Sequence record: PX423614.1
Source of the DNA: a phage
Direction: 5' to 3' (one strand)
Length of the DNA stretch: 64,000 nucleotides
The number at the start of each line of letters is the position of its first letter. Position 1 is the first letter of the stretch. A program made the position numbers and the translations under genes. Positions 1 through 10,078 of the stretch are shown here, piece by piece. The notes under the pieces were generated by a model. That model did no database searches. It saw only the letters and a program-made list of their open reading frames with translations, and was not told the DNA's origin.

Positions 1-60
1 TTTTAAGAGCAGGTTATCCACAGATATTGGGTGATATCTATTTAATTGGCCTTAAAGCTT

Positions 61-86
61 GGCTCTCTTATGAGAGTCCTTTTTTA
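61..86 (+). terminator. hairpin plus T-tract, putative rho-independent terminator
   Basis: GGCTCTC-TTAT-GAGAGTCC imperfect stem-loop followed by TTTTTT. Confidence 0.3.
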
Positions 87-106
87 AGTTCAAAGAAGAG
101 GTTGTA

Positions 107-274
107 TGGATAATAAGTTGAAAGCTAAATTCTTATTGGCAGCAATCTTTATTTGCTTAGCCACTGTGGGGTTTGTCAGGATGTACTCTTTTGCATCTTG
201 CGAGTTAAGCAAGAATAACAGAGGGTCTTACAACTGGCTAACCAATCAATGTGACAAACAGGAGAAGTTATGAA
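107..274 (+). CDS. small hypothetical membrane/secreted protein (55 aa)
   Basis: ATG at 107 preceded by GAAGAGG; hydrophobic N-terminus KFLLAAIFICLATVGFV; stop overlaps next start (ATGA); below the 60-aa ORF track cutoff. Confidence 0.3.
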
Positions 275-632
275 CCTACGCCCCATTAAAGGCCATGTGA
301 ACCTGTCTACGCTTCATAAAGTAGCAAATGATTTAGGTGGTATGGATGAGGAAGATCTGAAACAGCAACTGCTTTGGATTTCTCATGGTATCAAGGCGGC
401 AAAGGCCAAAATGGCTCGTGCACAAGGTAAACTAAAAGCGAATAAATATCTTATTCGCCGTCGTAATACCTTACCTCAGGATGTGGTAAGTTTAGCTTTA
501 TCAGGATATAAAGCAGCAGAGGTAGAGCTTCAGGAAGCAGAGTTTGAAAAAATGCGCTTCCAAGAGAACTATCGAAACTTCCGTAGTATTGACTACATTC
601 GCAAATCTCTGAGCCTTTTGGTAGCAGAGTAA
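270..632 (+). CDS. hypothetical early protein (120 aa)
   Basis: ORF track; first long ORF of the + block, tightly followed by next gene. Confidence 0.55.
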   Translation: MNLRPIKGHVNLSTLHKVANDLGGMDEEDLKQQLLWISHGIKAAKAKMARAQGKLKANKYLIRRRNTLPQDVVSLALSGYKAAEVELQEAEFEKMRFQENYRNFRSIDYIRKSLSLLVAE

Positions 633-642
633 AGAGGTAAAA

Positions 643-1860
643 ATGTTCCCTGTAACACTTCAAAGCTGGAAAGAATCAGAAGACGTTGTAACTGTTTGGC
701 CTCCTTGTTATGGTTTCCTGAAAGCAGGTTACTATCAGGGTGGTGATTATGGTGAAGATGAAGACGGTGATCCTGACTACTACTGCACATACGACAGCAA
801 CTACGGCTGGAATATCCGCATTAAGGTGTGGAGTAAAAATATGATGGTTCGTCAAGGCACTGCCGAAGAGAACGTTCTCGAAAACATGATGCCTATGTCC
901 GAAATCAAGTACATCTGGAACTCTGGTACACACCTTCCCGCTTATGGTGTAAAACGCTATGGTGATAAAGAGCCTATTGCCACTCAATATTTCCGTGAAG
1001 GGGTGGAGAATGGAGACCCTCGTCCACCTTCCCACGTAGAAACATGGGCAGAAGAAAACAACCGTCCTGATATTACTGATCGCGCTGTAATGGAAGCTTT
1101 TGAAGCATTCATGGATAAAGATTCTGACTCATGTCTGGTGTGGCATGAAGCAGGATTCATGGGTGTTTGTACTGATGGTTGTCCTGCTGATCGCGCTCTG
1201 TTCTATCTGATGCTGAATCGCACATTCTATACAGATGATGAAAAATCTGCTGTGTATGAAATGTTGAACAAGATGTATAAGAAGGGCTGGTCTCCTTTAG
1301 CCTCTCTTGCATTCAGCCGACTGATCAACTCTTCAGTGGATGTGTTCGGTAACGAACGTGTTGCTTTAACAGGGAATGATTATGATTCCTGTATCTTCCA
1401 AGCATCTCTGTATACAGTGGGTGTTGGCAGTACAATGGTTGAACCTCGCCAGACCAAGTGGCGACAGTGTGAATACACCGAAGGTGAAGGGCATCTTCGT
1501 GATGAAGACTTCCCCAGTCTGCTCTACCGTAGTGAAGGTGTGCGAGACTGTCGAGTGAATAACTCAATGTTCTTACCAATCCTTCTTCCTCAGTATTGCA
1601 ATCTGCCGAATGGTGAACGTCCGGTCATCACAGAGAAGTCACTCTTGGTTGAATTTATCCGAGAAGTGGCTGAATCTGAAACATCTTTTGATAAAATTGT
1701 GTTCGGTTATAACTGGAACAATGAAACAGCTTCAGCTCGAAGCTACAACACGTATAACATTATCAGTAGTATGTCCAATGGACTGACAGGTAGTAATTAT
1801 ACAGTACGTCCCTCAGAAGAGTGGGAAACCATTATGGAAAAATTATTCTTTAATAAATAG
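643..1860 (+). CDS. hypothetical protein (405 aa), first gene of candidate modification cluster
   Basis: ORF track; RBS-like AAAGAGG upstream; no motif recognised by eye. Confidence 0.6.
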   Translation: MFPVTLQSWKESEDVVTVWPPCYGFLKAGYYQGGDYGEDEDGDPDYYCTYDSNYGWNIRIKVWSKNMMVRQGTAEENVLENMMPMSEIKYIWNSGTHLPAYGVKRYGDKEPIATQYFREGVENGDPRPPSHVETWAEENNRPDITDRAVMEAFEAFMDKDSDSCLVWHEAGFMGVCTDGCPADRALFYLMLNRTFYTDDEKSAVYEMLNKMYKKGWSPLASLAFSRLINSSVDVFGNERVALTGNDYDSCIFQASLYTVGVGSTMVEPRQTKWRQCEYTEGEGHLRDEDFPSLLYRSEGVRDCRVNNSMFLPILLPQYCNLPNGERPVITEKSLLVEFIREVAESETSFDKIVFGYNWNNETASARSYNTYNIISSMSNGLTGSNYTVRPSEEWETIMEKLFFNK

Positions 1861-1868
1861 AGGCGAAT

Positions 1869-2819
1869 ATGTCAATCTCCGCATCGATTGCTCCGGTAAC
1901 ACCGGCAGAGGATTTCGGTGAGTCAGTGTTCAAAGGAAGAGCTTGCTTTGGTACTTTTAACTGTATGCACATGTATTCTGTTACAGACATTAACGGTGAA
2001 AGTCGTAACCGAACAAGCCTTCGTGATAGAACTTCAGAAATTGAAGTTATTAACTTCTGGCCTCACAATTTTTATGGCGTACCAGCTAAAGATATCGAAA
2101 GAGCTTTGGTTGAAGCAACAGACATTTTTAACTCAATGTCTTGCTATAAAGATATGTTCTCTGTCACTTCGGTGAACTCTATTGCCGTGAACCTTCGAAA
2201 CCATCCAGCAGACAAGGTGTTTACTGGACTAATGACCATCCGTAGCTATTTGGATGGTGATTTTAATGGAATGGAGTTCCTTCAGGAAGGCGTACAAGAC
2301 AAGGAAGAGTTGCTTAAGCGACAACGAATCGGTTTAGCTCTACGCCTAGCTGGTTTAAGTCGTAACTTCTTTGGTCGCTGGTGTTATAGTAATGACGTAG
2401 ACTCAACTGATGAGTCAGCAGCGACTTATTTTGATGGTGACATGAGTGCAATTGCATTTCTGCCACTAATTTGCACCACTGATGAATTTTCTGAAAACGT
2501 ATGGGTTCAGAATGTGTTCGGTGTTGATGATAACCGAGATGGTTATGTACGAAACCATAATGATGGAGTTCTCCGTCGTATGGCACGTCGTCGTGACCAA
2601 GACCCTGACCATTACGAGAGTATGAGTGAATGGTTACGTCTCTGGTCAACTTGTGCAGGTCACAAGAGAGAAGTATTAGATCAGCGTATGGATAGAATTA
2701 CTGTTCGTAGTTTTATTGAACGTCTGATGCAAGCAGTACCTTCCTCAATGACACCAGAAGAAGCTGGTGCCCGTGTTGTTTCCCTTTTTGATGAACTCGT
2801 GGAGTATTACAATGACTAA
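1869..2819 (+). CDS. hypothetical protein (316 aa)
   Basis: ORF track; stop TAA overlaps the next ATG (ATGACTAA). Confidence 0.6.
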   Translation: MSISASIAPVTPAEDFGESVFKGRACFGTFNCMHMYSVTDINGESRNRTSLRDRTSEIEVINFWPHNFYGVPAKDIERALVEATDIFNSMSCYKDMFSVTSVNSIAVNLRNHPADKVFTGLMTIRSYLDGDFNGMEFLQEGVQDKEELLKRQRIGLALRLAGLSRNFFGRWCYSNDVDSTDESAATYFDGDMSAIAFLPLICTTDEFSENVWVQNVFGVDDNRDGYVRNHNDGVLRRMARRRDQDPDHYESMSEWLRLWSTCAGHKREVLDQRMDRITVRSFIERLMQAVPSSMTPEEAGARVVSLFDELVEYYND

Positions 2820-3618
2820 GCGCGCTTTCCTTATTGGCTCTGACCCTGAAATGTTTGTTCGTACTGCTTCCGGTATTATCACCTCTGTGGCTGGTAAGCT
2901 GGGCTGTTCTAAAGATAATAAAATTGATCTGGCTCCTGATGTTCGTCTTCAAGAAGACAACGTTCTGGCTGAGTTTGATATTAACCCACAGAAAGGGTTT
3001 GAAGCGTTTGATGATAATATTCAGCGTGGTATTGATCTGACTAACAAAGTTCTCAATGAACGTGGCATGGAGGCAGCACTTGGGATTAGCTCTCATGTGT
3101 TCACTTCAGAAGAACTTGAATCATTCCACCCGTCAGCTTTTGTATTTGGCTGTACTCCTGATTTCAATGCCTTCACTGGACAAAAGAACCCTTCACCAGT
3201 CGCAACTGATAAGGGTTTGCGTACTGCTGGGGGTCATGTGCACCTTGGTGTCTCCGGGACTTTAGAGATTACTCGACAAACTCAAATGATGTTGGGTGTG
3301 TTGTGTGATTACTTCCTGTCCTTGCCAGCTGTGATCATGGATAAAGACACTCGTCGTAAAGAGTTGTACGGAAAGGCTTCTGCCATTCGCTACAAAGATT
3401 ACGGTATTGAATATCGTTCTCTTTCTAACTTCTGGATTGGTGATAAGTCCACTCGCAAGTTTGTTTATGAGCAAGTGGATAAGGTTGTTCAGGGTTGTGA
3501 TATGGAAGTGTTGATGTCACTTCACTCTCGCCTTCCAATTGAAAAGCTTCACAACATCATCAACAGCAACGATGTTAAAGAAGCGGATAAATTCTCCTCT
3601 AAACTCCAGATTGTATAA
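2812..3618 (+). CDS. hypothetical protein, possibly divergent amidoligase-like
   Basis: ATG at 2812 (MTKRAFLIGSDPEMF) overlapping upstream stop; GSDPE and GGHVHLG motifs loosely reminiscent of carboxylate-amine ligases; product assignment weak. Confidence 0.55.
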   Translation: MTKRAFLIGSDPEMFVRTASGIITSVAGKLGCSKDNKIDLAPDVRLQEDNVLAEFDINPQKGFEAFDDNIQRGIDLTNKVLNERGMEAALGISSHVFTSEELESFHPSAFVFGCTPDFNAFTGQKNPSPVATDKGLRTAGGHVHLGVSGTLEITRQTQMMLGVLCDYFLSLPAVIMDKDTRRKELYGKASAIRYKDYGIEYRSLSNFWIGDKSTRKFVYEQVDKVVQGCDMEVLMSLHSRLPIEKLHNIINSNDVKEADKFSSKLQIV

Positions 3619-3627
3619 GGTGATATT

Positions 3628-4254
3628 GTGAGCTTGTTAAGAGATTTTCAACACTATTATTGTGGAACATGGATTGCTCAGCGATCACCTGATGGTAAAA
3701 ACCTCCCTCTATATGTGCTTGATGTTCGTCAGCAAGGTAACTTTGATATCGACGACTATTCACACGACGCTGAAATGTCTTTAGTGTTTGAGGCGGAACG
3801 CTGGACTAAAAACTCTGAAGGTCAGTTTGAACGTCAGGTTGTTAGTAATATCCCAGTGTTTGATCACAGCCTCATTCTGGAGTCTCCAGATGTAGGATAC
3901 CTTCAGCATGGTAATAACATGGTGAGCTGGACCCATATCAACCCTGTTCGTCAGCGAGCTAAAGGCTTGATGGGGAATAAACTTCGTGGTGCTCCGCCTT
4001 CTCTCGGACGTTCGATTCCGGGTGATTTGGTGTACAACCTGTTTAATCCAGAGTTTGAAGGGTTGGTTACTCGTTTCATCTATATCAATCCTGTCGATGG
4101 AAAAGTTTATTACAAAGGAGCTTACGTTGGAAACGTGCTTCTTGAAGCTGGTTATGGCGACAATGGTCGTCAATCTTTAAACCTTCTGGAGAAGTTCAAG
4201 CATATTTCTTCAGACCTGTCATCATATAATGTAGAGTTGGTGGAATCATTATGA
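3628..4254 (+). CDS. hypothetical protein (208 aa, GTG start)
   Basis: ORF track; stop overlaps next start (ATGA at 4251). Confidence 0.5.
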   Translation: MSLLRDFQHYYCGTWIAQRSPDGKNLPLYVLDVRQQGNFDIDDYSHDAEMSLVFEAERWTKNSEGQFERQVVSNIPVFDHSLILESPDVGYLQHGNNMVSWTHINPVRQRAKGLMGNKLRGAPPSLGRSIPGDLVYNLFNPEFEGLVTRFIYINPVDGKVYYKGAYVGNVLLEAGYGDNGRQSLNLLEKFKHISSDLSSYNVELVESL

Positions 4255-5351
4255 CAACCGTAGCACAAGTTTTTGGATACCGTAACCCTCGCTTATCTGA
4301 ACCGCATCCAAGTATTGCTTTTCAGTGTGGTGTTGGTATTGAGTTAGAAGTCGAAGGTACAACTGACATTGACGCTGATATGTGGGTTTGTACTGAAGAT
4401 GGCTCTCTTCGTGATGGTTGTGAATTAGTATGTGCACGACCTTACAACGGTGAAGAACTACTTCGTGCTATTAACAATCTGAGTGAAGCAGTACAGGATT
4501 CCGGAGCCGAGGGAACTTGGCGCTGCTCCACTCACGTTCATATGGATATGCGTGACGCTGATAGTAATATCCTTAAGAAAGTTATTCTTGGATGGACGTT
4601 CTATGAAAAGATGATGTTCAAATGTTCTGGATACCATCGCTATCGTAGCAACTTCTGTCCAGCTTTTGCTGTCGTTCAAGCACAAGTTATGAATGCTTCG
4701 TCAGCGTTCAACCGAGACGGGGAAGCTTTCTTCCACTCTCTTGTTAATAGCTGGGATAAATATACCTCCCTTAATCTTTTGCCTCTATCTCAATTTGGTT
4801 CTGTTGAGTTCCGTATCTCAGAGCCGAAGTGGAAAAAGAGCCAACTTCTGAATCTGGTCAACCGCTTCTTGGTTCTCAAGAAACTGGCTGTTGAATATGC
4901 AGATTTAGACAATGAAGCTTATGTTGAGAAGTTGAATGAGCTGCGCTTCGCTCCTATGATTCAACATCTACCCCTAGACTATACTCCAAGAGACAGCGAT
5001 CTCACTGAAGGGTATCGTCTTGCTCGTGATATTCTCTTCTGTCGTGAGCAATCTGTAACTTTGGTTGGTCGTGTTCGTGTGCAACAGACTGGCCCTGATG
5101 GTGAAGTCCTTATCAACTTACGTGATATGAATGACTTCTATGGTTTCTTGGGATATGTGCGCGGTAATGCCAACAGTGTCTACGAAGAGATCATGACCTA
5201 CTACACCCCTCAGATTGAAAGCACTCGAATCGCAACGGTTCGTGAAATTCGTCACATATTTGCATTGATGCGTGAATCAGGTAGCAGTGATGATAACGTC
5301 ACTGGTTATATTCCAGACCATCTGGAAATGCAATTAGAACGACTGCTGTAA
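4251..5351 (+). CDS. putative amidoligase (COOH-NH2 ligase, glutamine-synthetase-like superfamily)
   Basis: N-terminal GVGIELEVEG, EDGSLRDGCELV and CSTHVHMD motifs resemble the phage/bacterial amidoligase family; assignment from memory of family signatures. Confidence 0.5.
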   Translation: MTTVAQVFGYRNPRLSEPHPSIAFQCGVGIELEVEGTTDIDADMWVCTEDGSLRDGCELVCARPYNGEELLRAINNLSEAVQDSGAEGTWRCSTHVHMDMRDADSNILKKVILGWTFYEKMMFKCSGYHRYRSNFCPAFAVVQAQVMNASSAFNRDGEAFFHSLVNSWDKYTSLNLLPLSQFGSVEFRISEPKWKKSQLLNLVNRFLVLKKLAVEYADLDNEAYVEKLNELRFAPMIQHLPLDYTPRDSDLTEGYRLARDILFCREQSVTLVGRVRVQQTGPDGEVLINLRDMNDFYGFLGYVRGNANSVYEEIMTYYTPQIESTRIATVREIRHIFALMRESGSSDDNVTGYIPDHLEMQLERLL

Positions 5352-5428
5352 CACAACGGGCGCTCTTATACAGGGCGCATTTAAAGGTTAATTAGATGAA
5401 AGGGTTTACCCTTCAGGTGGATTAGAAA

Positions 5429-7462
5429 ATTTGTGGTATCGTATTAGCTGGCGGCAACATGACCTCAGCAGATTTGGACATTTTCAACCAACTTCTGTAT
5501 GCTGGTGTTTTCCGTGGACAGCACTCAACTGGTGTGTTTGGTCAGCGTAAAGGTGAAAAGCAAGTCTTCTCTTATAAAGAAGCTCTTCCTTCTTATGCTT
5601 TTATGCTCCAGACAGAATATACAAATATTACCAAAGGGCTTACGAACTACGTAGTTCCTCCTTCGTGGATTGTTGGTCACAGCCGACATGCCACTCGTGG
5701 GGCTGTCAATGCTCGAAATGCTCACCCATTTACTCACGGGGATATTACTCTGGTTCATAATGGAACCCTGTTAGATCAAGATCTCCTTCCTGACAGTAAG
5801 CGTTTCGAAGTTGATAGTGAAAACATCTGCCACTCAATTAACACCATTGGAGCAGCAGAGACTATCCAAAAACTGGATGGTGCATTCACTTTGATTTGGC
5901 ATGATGCTAAAGACAACACGCTTCACATTATCCGTAATGATGAGCGTCCTTTCCACCTAGCCCGCTGTGGTTTGGATTGGTTTGGAGCTTCTGAAGAAGC
6001 TATGCTTATGTGGATTTTAGAGCGTTCTAAGTCCCATAAGAACCGTATCAATGACCACTTCGAATGTAAAGTGGGAACTGAGTATATCTTTGATGTGTCT
6101 AACAGTCGTATGACTCTGGTTCAAGAGGTGGAGCACACGCTTCCGGTTTTTACGGTAACGAGTCGCTGGGGCGGCTATTACTCGAACTCCTCTCTTTATC
6201 AGAACCAACAGACAAACAAATCAAGCAGCAGCACAAGCGACATTTACGGAAACAAAGACGACAAGCCCGGCGTGACAAGCGGAGACATTCGTCGTCGTAA
6301 AGCGATTGAAGACCAGAACAAACTGGCTGCCGATCGTGGTCTTCCTTATCGTCGTGATGGTCGTGTGGATATTATTCCTCATGAGTTCCATGCTTATAAC
6401 AACACAGATCGTGGTAAGATGGTTGGTTACATCTACGATGATAAAGCTCAAGAGTATGTCGAAGGGGATGTTCACAACGTAGCCAAAGATGAATATCTTA
6501 AGGCTCTTGAAAACCCAAAGGTAGTATATCGCGGGACGATTGCTTGTATCTCCGAAGTGGACAGTATGATTCGCCTCGTACTAACTTCAGGGCTGTTTGT
6601 TGATGCTACAGATAAGGAGCCTCAAAGCACTACTGCTGATTTTGATGATGATATCCCTTTTGATGCAGAGGACTCCTTCATCACTAAGAATGGTGTAGAA
6701 GTCACTCGTAAGTTCTGGGAATCTCACTCTCATGGTGACTGTGGTGGTTGTGATAAGCACATTGACTGGAAAGATGCTCGTAAGGCTGTGTTTGCTTATC
6801 AGGCATACTGGCATCCAGAATGCTTCGAAGCGTTATCTAAAACCTCTGAAGAGGAAGAAGATGTGCCTTTGGGTGTATGTGCTATCTGTGGTGAAGTCAA
6901 GACTGATTTCGAGTTTGACAACGAAATGAGTAAACTTCGTGGTGAAGACGTTTGTTATATCTGCTCCAAAGAAATCAAAGATAAAGTAAAGAATGTTACT
7001 CTATCTGAAGGTTATATTTGGACTAAAGCAGTAGACACAACCAACCCACGTCGTCCTGAAGTAGCTGTTCGTGTTGATGAACGTATGCTTAGCCGTATGA
7101 TTGTAATGGTCAGCTCAGCAAAACGTTCAGGGGATATTACACTTGCAGATGTTCCTAATTCGTATTTGGAAAAACGTGGTGGTGATACTTATGCCATCTC
7201 TGTTTATGGTCCAAAGAATTCCCCAAAGGAGGTACCCGCTGAGAAAGCGGAGACATTTCCAGAAAAGTCAACCTCTCTCCGAAAAACAGTTGTCAGTTAT
7301 GATGGACAACGAACAGCTGAGTTTACAAAAGCCCTCTGGACTTCAATTGGGTTTTGTGCAGTCTGTTATAAACAAATTCCGTGGCGTGATGCAGAAACTT
7401 GCTCACTGAACAAAGAAAACAGGGTGATCTGTAATTCAGATTACTGTAAAGGTAAACACTAA
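5429..7462 (+). CDS. class II (Ntn) glutamine amidotransferase with C-terminal multi-CxxC zinc-ribbon extension; probable ATT start
   Basis: In-frame CGIV immediately upstream of the ATG at 5459 (TAG-AAA-ATT-TGT-GGT-ATC-GTA); AGGTGG RBS 8 nt before ATT 5429; HSRHATRG...NAHPF...HNGTL motifs typical of PurF/GlmS/AsnB-type GATase; C-terminal CGGC/CAIC/CYIC/CAVC pairs. Confidence 0.7.
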   Translation: MCGIVLAGGNMTSADLDIFNQLLYAGVFRGQHSTGVFGQRKGEKQVFSYKEALPSYAFMLQTEYTNITKGLTNYVVPPSWIVGHSRHATRGAVNARNAHPFTHGDITLVHNGTLLDQDLLPDSKRFEVDSENICHSINTIGAAETIQKLDGAFTLIWHDAKDNTLHIIRNDERPFHLARCGLDWFGASEEAMLMWILERSKSHKNRINDHFECKVGTEYIFDVSNSRMTLVQEVEHTLPVFTVTSRWGGYYSNSSLYQNQQTNKSSSSTSDIYGNKDDKPGVTSGDIRRRKAIEDQNKLAADRGLPYRRDGRVDIIPHEFHAYNNTDRGKMVGYIYDDKAQEYVEGDVHNVAKDEYLKALENPKVVYRGTIACISEVDSMIRLVLTSGLFVDATDKEPQSTTADFDDDIPFDAEDSFITKNGVEVTRKFWESHSHGDCGGCDKHIDWKDARKAVFAYQAYWHPECFEALSKTSEEEEDVPLGVCAICGEVKTDFEFDNEMSKLRGEDVCYICSKEIKDKVKNVTLSEGYIWTKAVDTTNPRRPEVAVRVDERMLSRMIVMVSSAKRSGDITLADVPNSYLEKRGGDTYAISVYGPKNSPKEVPAEKAETFPEKSTSLRKTVVSYDGQRTAEFTKALWTSIGFCAVCYKQIPWRDAETCSLNKENRVICNSDYCKGKH

Positions 7463-7473
7463 GAGGTATAGTT

Positions 7474-7707
7474 ATGGAAGTTCGTAAACTGATGTTGGAT
7501 AACGTGGTAACTACCCGCCGTATTCCGATGACAAGCACAGGATGTGATAACCTCCGAGCAATTCAGAAGTGGATGCAAGAAGGTATTGGGAAGCTGGTTG
7601 ACTCTCCAGTAGAAATCCCTTTTCCAACCGTTATCAATAACGTGTTGGCTGACTATGTTAAAATGAAGGGGATTAAAGTTGAGCCTCATGTCAAGCAAGG
7701 GAGCTAA
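7474..7707 (+). CDS. hypothetical small protein (77 aa)
   Basis: ORF track; RBS-like AAGAGG upstream. Confidence 0.4.
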   Translation: MEVRKLMLDNVVTTRRIPMTSTGCDNLRAIQKWMQEGIGKLVDSPVEIPFPTVINNVLADYVKMKGIKVEPHVKQGS

Positions 7708-7909
7708 GCCTCACCTGACAATGCTGGAGTATCAACAACTCCGACTTCAACAACTGGTAACGGAGCAGCGAAAGCTGTATCCGTTTGCTTTTAACTTAAT
7801 CGACTCTCCAAGCGATGCCCAAGAAGACGAAATGTTCGCTGAGTATTGGGCAATCGAAGCTAAAATTCAATCCTGTCGTAACGAAATTCTTAAACTAAAA
7901 GGTATCTAA
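7679..7909 (+). CDS. hypothetical small protein (76 aa or shorter)
   Basis: ORF track; overlaps previous ORF, true start may be internal. Confidence 0.35.
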   Translation: MSLMSSKGAKPHLTMLEYQQLRLQQLVTEQRKLYPFAFNLIDSPSDAQEDEMFAEYWAIEAKIQSCRNEILKLKGI

Positions 7910-7911
7910 AA

Positions 7912-9147
7912 ATGACTACTCGTATCCGTGTTCTTCCGTATGGCCCGTCTGATTCTGTTAACGCTCTGGTATCTGCTATCAGTGATACTATCCGTGATGA
8001 ACGCATCAATGCTAACGTGATGGGGCTTCTTTCAGAGAATAGCCGCTGGCGTTCTCGTGAAGGTGATGTGGTTGTTAACTACGGGAACCGTCGCTATCCT
8101 GAATCATTCTTTGGTTCTGCAACCGTCCTTAACCGTACCGCAGCCTTATATATGGCAGCGAACAAACGTCGTGCTTTCAGTGTGATGGACCAAGCAGGTG
8201 TTAAAACTGTGGAATACACAGATGTTCAAGAGACTGCTCAGGAGTGGTCAAACACTGGTAATATTGTGTATGAGCGCCATGAGCTGACTGGTCACTCTGG
8301 TTCGGGCATTGTTGTTGTAGAACCGGGTGATTCAATTGGTCAAGCTGAACTGTACACCAAAGGTATTCAAGGCCCACGTCGTGAATGGCGTGTCCATGTG
8401 TTCAAAGGTGTAATCACCTATGTTCAGAAGAAGATTCGTCGCAATGGTTATCGCGAAGACCCTAACTATCGTGAAGATATTCGTAATCACCACACTGGCT
8501 GGGTTTACTCAAGCTCCTTCACAGATGCTCCGAATGACGCCTCTCTGATCAATGCAGTGAAAGCTGTTGAATCAATGGGTCTGGATTTCGGTGCAGTTGA
8601 TATTATCACCAAAGGTCAAGAAGCGTGGGTACTGGAAGTTAATACAGCACCGGGCCTGACTGGTACAACTCTGGATACTTACCGTCATAACATTCTTGAG
8701 TTTGTTAAAGCTCAAAACCCTCTCTATACTCCTCAGTATAAAGTGGTTTACCAGACTCCGATTGAAGATGGAGACGGTGAGTTGGTGGATGATATTGAAA
8801 GTGCTGATGATGAAAACTTTGCACTGGAAGGACAAGTAGCACAGCCGATTGATTCAGTTGATGTGGTTCCTGAAGAAATGCAACTGGAAGGTCAGATGAA
8901 TACTCAAACTATTCGTAATGCACCTACTGGCTACACTTTGTCTCGTGGCTACTGGATTGCAAATATCCGTCATGTCCACAACAACCTGCAACCGAATGCA
9001 ATGTCTGCCAATGTCATCCTGTTCTGTGATGGTCGTAACTTCTACCGCAGTGGTTGGAACGTTCCGGTCAATCCAGTCCAGATTCATAACCCTCGCAAGT
9101 TAGAGTCTGTCAATGTTGAAGGTAGCGAAGTAGCAGTAACTCTGTAA
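7912..9147 (+). CDS. ATP-grasp family ligase (RimK/glutathione-synthetase-like)
   Basis: C-terminal half shows GxDxxxxxG...WVLEVNTAPGL, the characteristic ATP-grasp E-V-N-x-x-PG region, plus basic-loop region RREWRVHVFKG. Confidence 0.6.
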   Translation: MTTRIRVLPYGPSDSVNALVSAISDTIRDERINANVMGLLSENSRWRSREGDVVVNYGNRRYPESFFGSATVLNRTAALYMAANKRRAFSVMDQAGVKTVEYTDVQETAQEWSNTGNIVYERHELTGHSGSGIVVVEPGDSIGQAELYTKGIQGPRREWRVHVFKGVITYVQKKIRRNGYREDPNYREDIRNHHTGWVYSSSFTDAPNDASLINAVKAVESMGLDFGAVDIITKGQEAWVLEVNTAPGLTGTTLDTYRHNILEFVKAQNPLYTPQYKVVYQTPIEDGDGELVDDIESADDENFALEGQVAQPIDSVDVVPEEMQLEGQMNTQTIRNAPTGYTLSRGYWIANIRHVHNNLQPNAMSANVILFCDGRNFYRSGWNVPVNPVQIHNPRKLESVNVEGSEVAVTL

Positions 9148-9173
9148 TTAAATTAAACAAAAAGGAATTTGTA

Positions 9174-9416
9174 ATGTTGTCTATCGAAGATTTGATCAGC
9201 CGTGGAATGACCGAAGAAAAAGAGCCTCTGATTGTAGGCTCTCGTAAAGCTATCAACCAACTCTGTGAAGAGTTCGGTATCACAAATAAGAGAATGATTG
9301 GTAATCAGTTCTCTGCAATCATCACCTTCCTCAAACGAGGTGATAAATGTTCAATGGAATGTGCTGAGCGTATCATCGCAATTGCACAAGCAGATAAGGG
9401 AGTAACAAGTCTGTGA
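9174..9416 (+). CDS. hypothetical small protein (80 aa)
   Basis: ORF track. Confidence 0.4.
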   Translation: MLSIEDLISRGMTEEKEPLIVGSRKAINQLCEEFGITNKRMIGNQFSAIITFLKRGDKCSMECAERIIAIAQADKGVTSL

Positions 9417-9598
9417 ATAAATACACAATCATGTTTCGTACAATGTCAGCAGAAGGAAATATTCAATCTCTGGACATTCAAGCAGATCGCTTTGAATCAC
9501 TTGGAACAAGTGTTAACTTCTTCCGAGGTACAGAGCTAGTGGGTACATTCCAATCTGATGTGTTGACTGGTGTGATCAAACACTTCGAAGTAGAATAA
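9413..9598 (+). CDS. hypothetical small protein (61 aa)
   Basis: ORF track; start overlaps previous stop. Confidence 0.35.
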   Translation: MNKYTIMFRTMSAEGNIQSLDIQADRFESLGTSVNFFRGTELVGTFQSDVLTGVIKHFEVE

Positions 9599-9655
9599 TT
9601 TGCTTTAGCCTCTTCGAAAGAGGAGGCTAGTTCGAATTTAACTAGAGGTTGTAAA

Positions 9656-10072
9656 ATGGTTAATAATAAACTGGATATGTTTAAAAGTCGTATCTTAGAT
9701 GTAGAGTATTCCAAAAACCTCTTTGAGAAGCACAAGAAAGAGGCAAAGGAAGAGTTAGAAAGTCTTCTGAAAGATGAAGAGATTCCTCTCTTTGATCGTT
9801 GGTGCTTGTTTCTGGAACACGGTGACTTATTTCCTGTAGCTTCAAGTGTAATTAGTAGAGCTGTTACAAGTGCAGTGGAAGGTTTTTATGACTTGGAAAG
9901 ATACCGAACTTATATCTTCTCTGATATTTTTGAAGAATACTGGTTTGGTGAAAAAGAGTCAATTTCTGATGAAACCAAGAAAGCCATTAAGGGATGTTTT
10001 GAAGAATTCCCTGAAAAGCCAATCCGATCAATCATCTTCTCTGGATATTCTGGTTTCCAACATGATTGGTAA
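9656..10072 (+). CDS. hypothetical protein (138 aa)
   Basis: ORF track; RBS-like AGAGG upstream. Confidence 0.5.
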   Translation: MVNNKLDMFKSRILDVEYSKNLFEKHKKEAKEELESLLKDEEIPLFDRWCLFLEHGDLFPVASSVISRAVTSAVEGFYDLERYRTYIFSDIFEEYWFGEKESISDETKKAIKGCFEEFPEKPIRSIIFSGYSGFQHDW

Positions 10073-10078
10073 GCAGCC

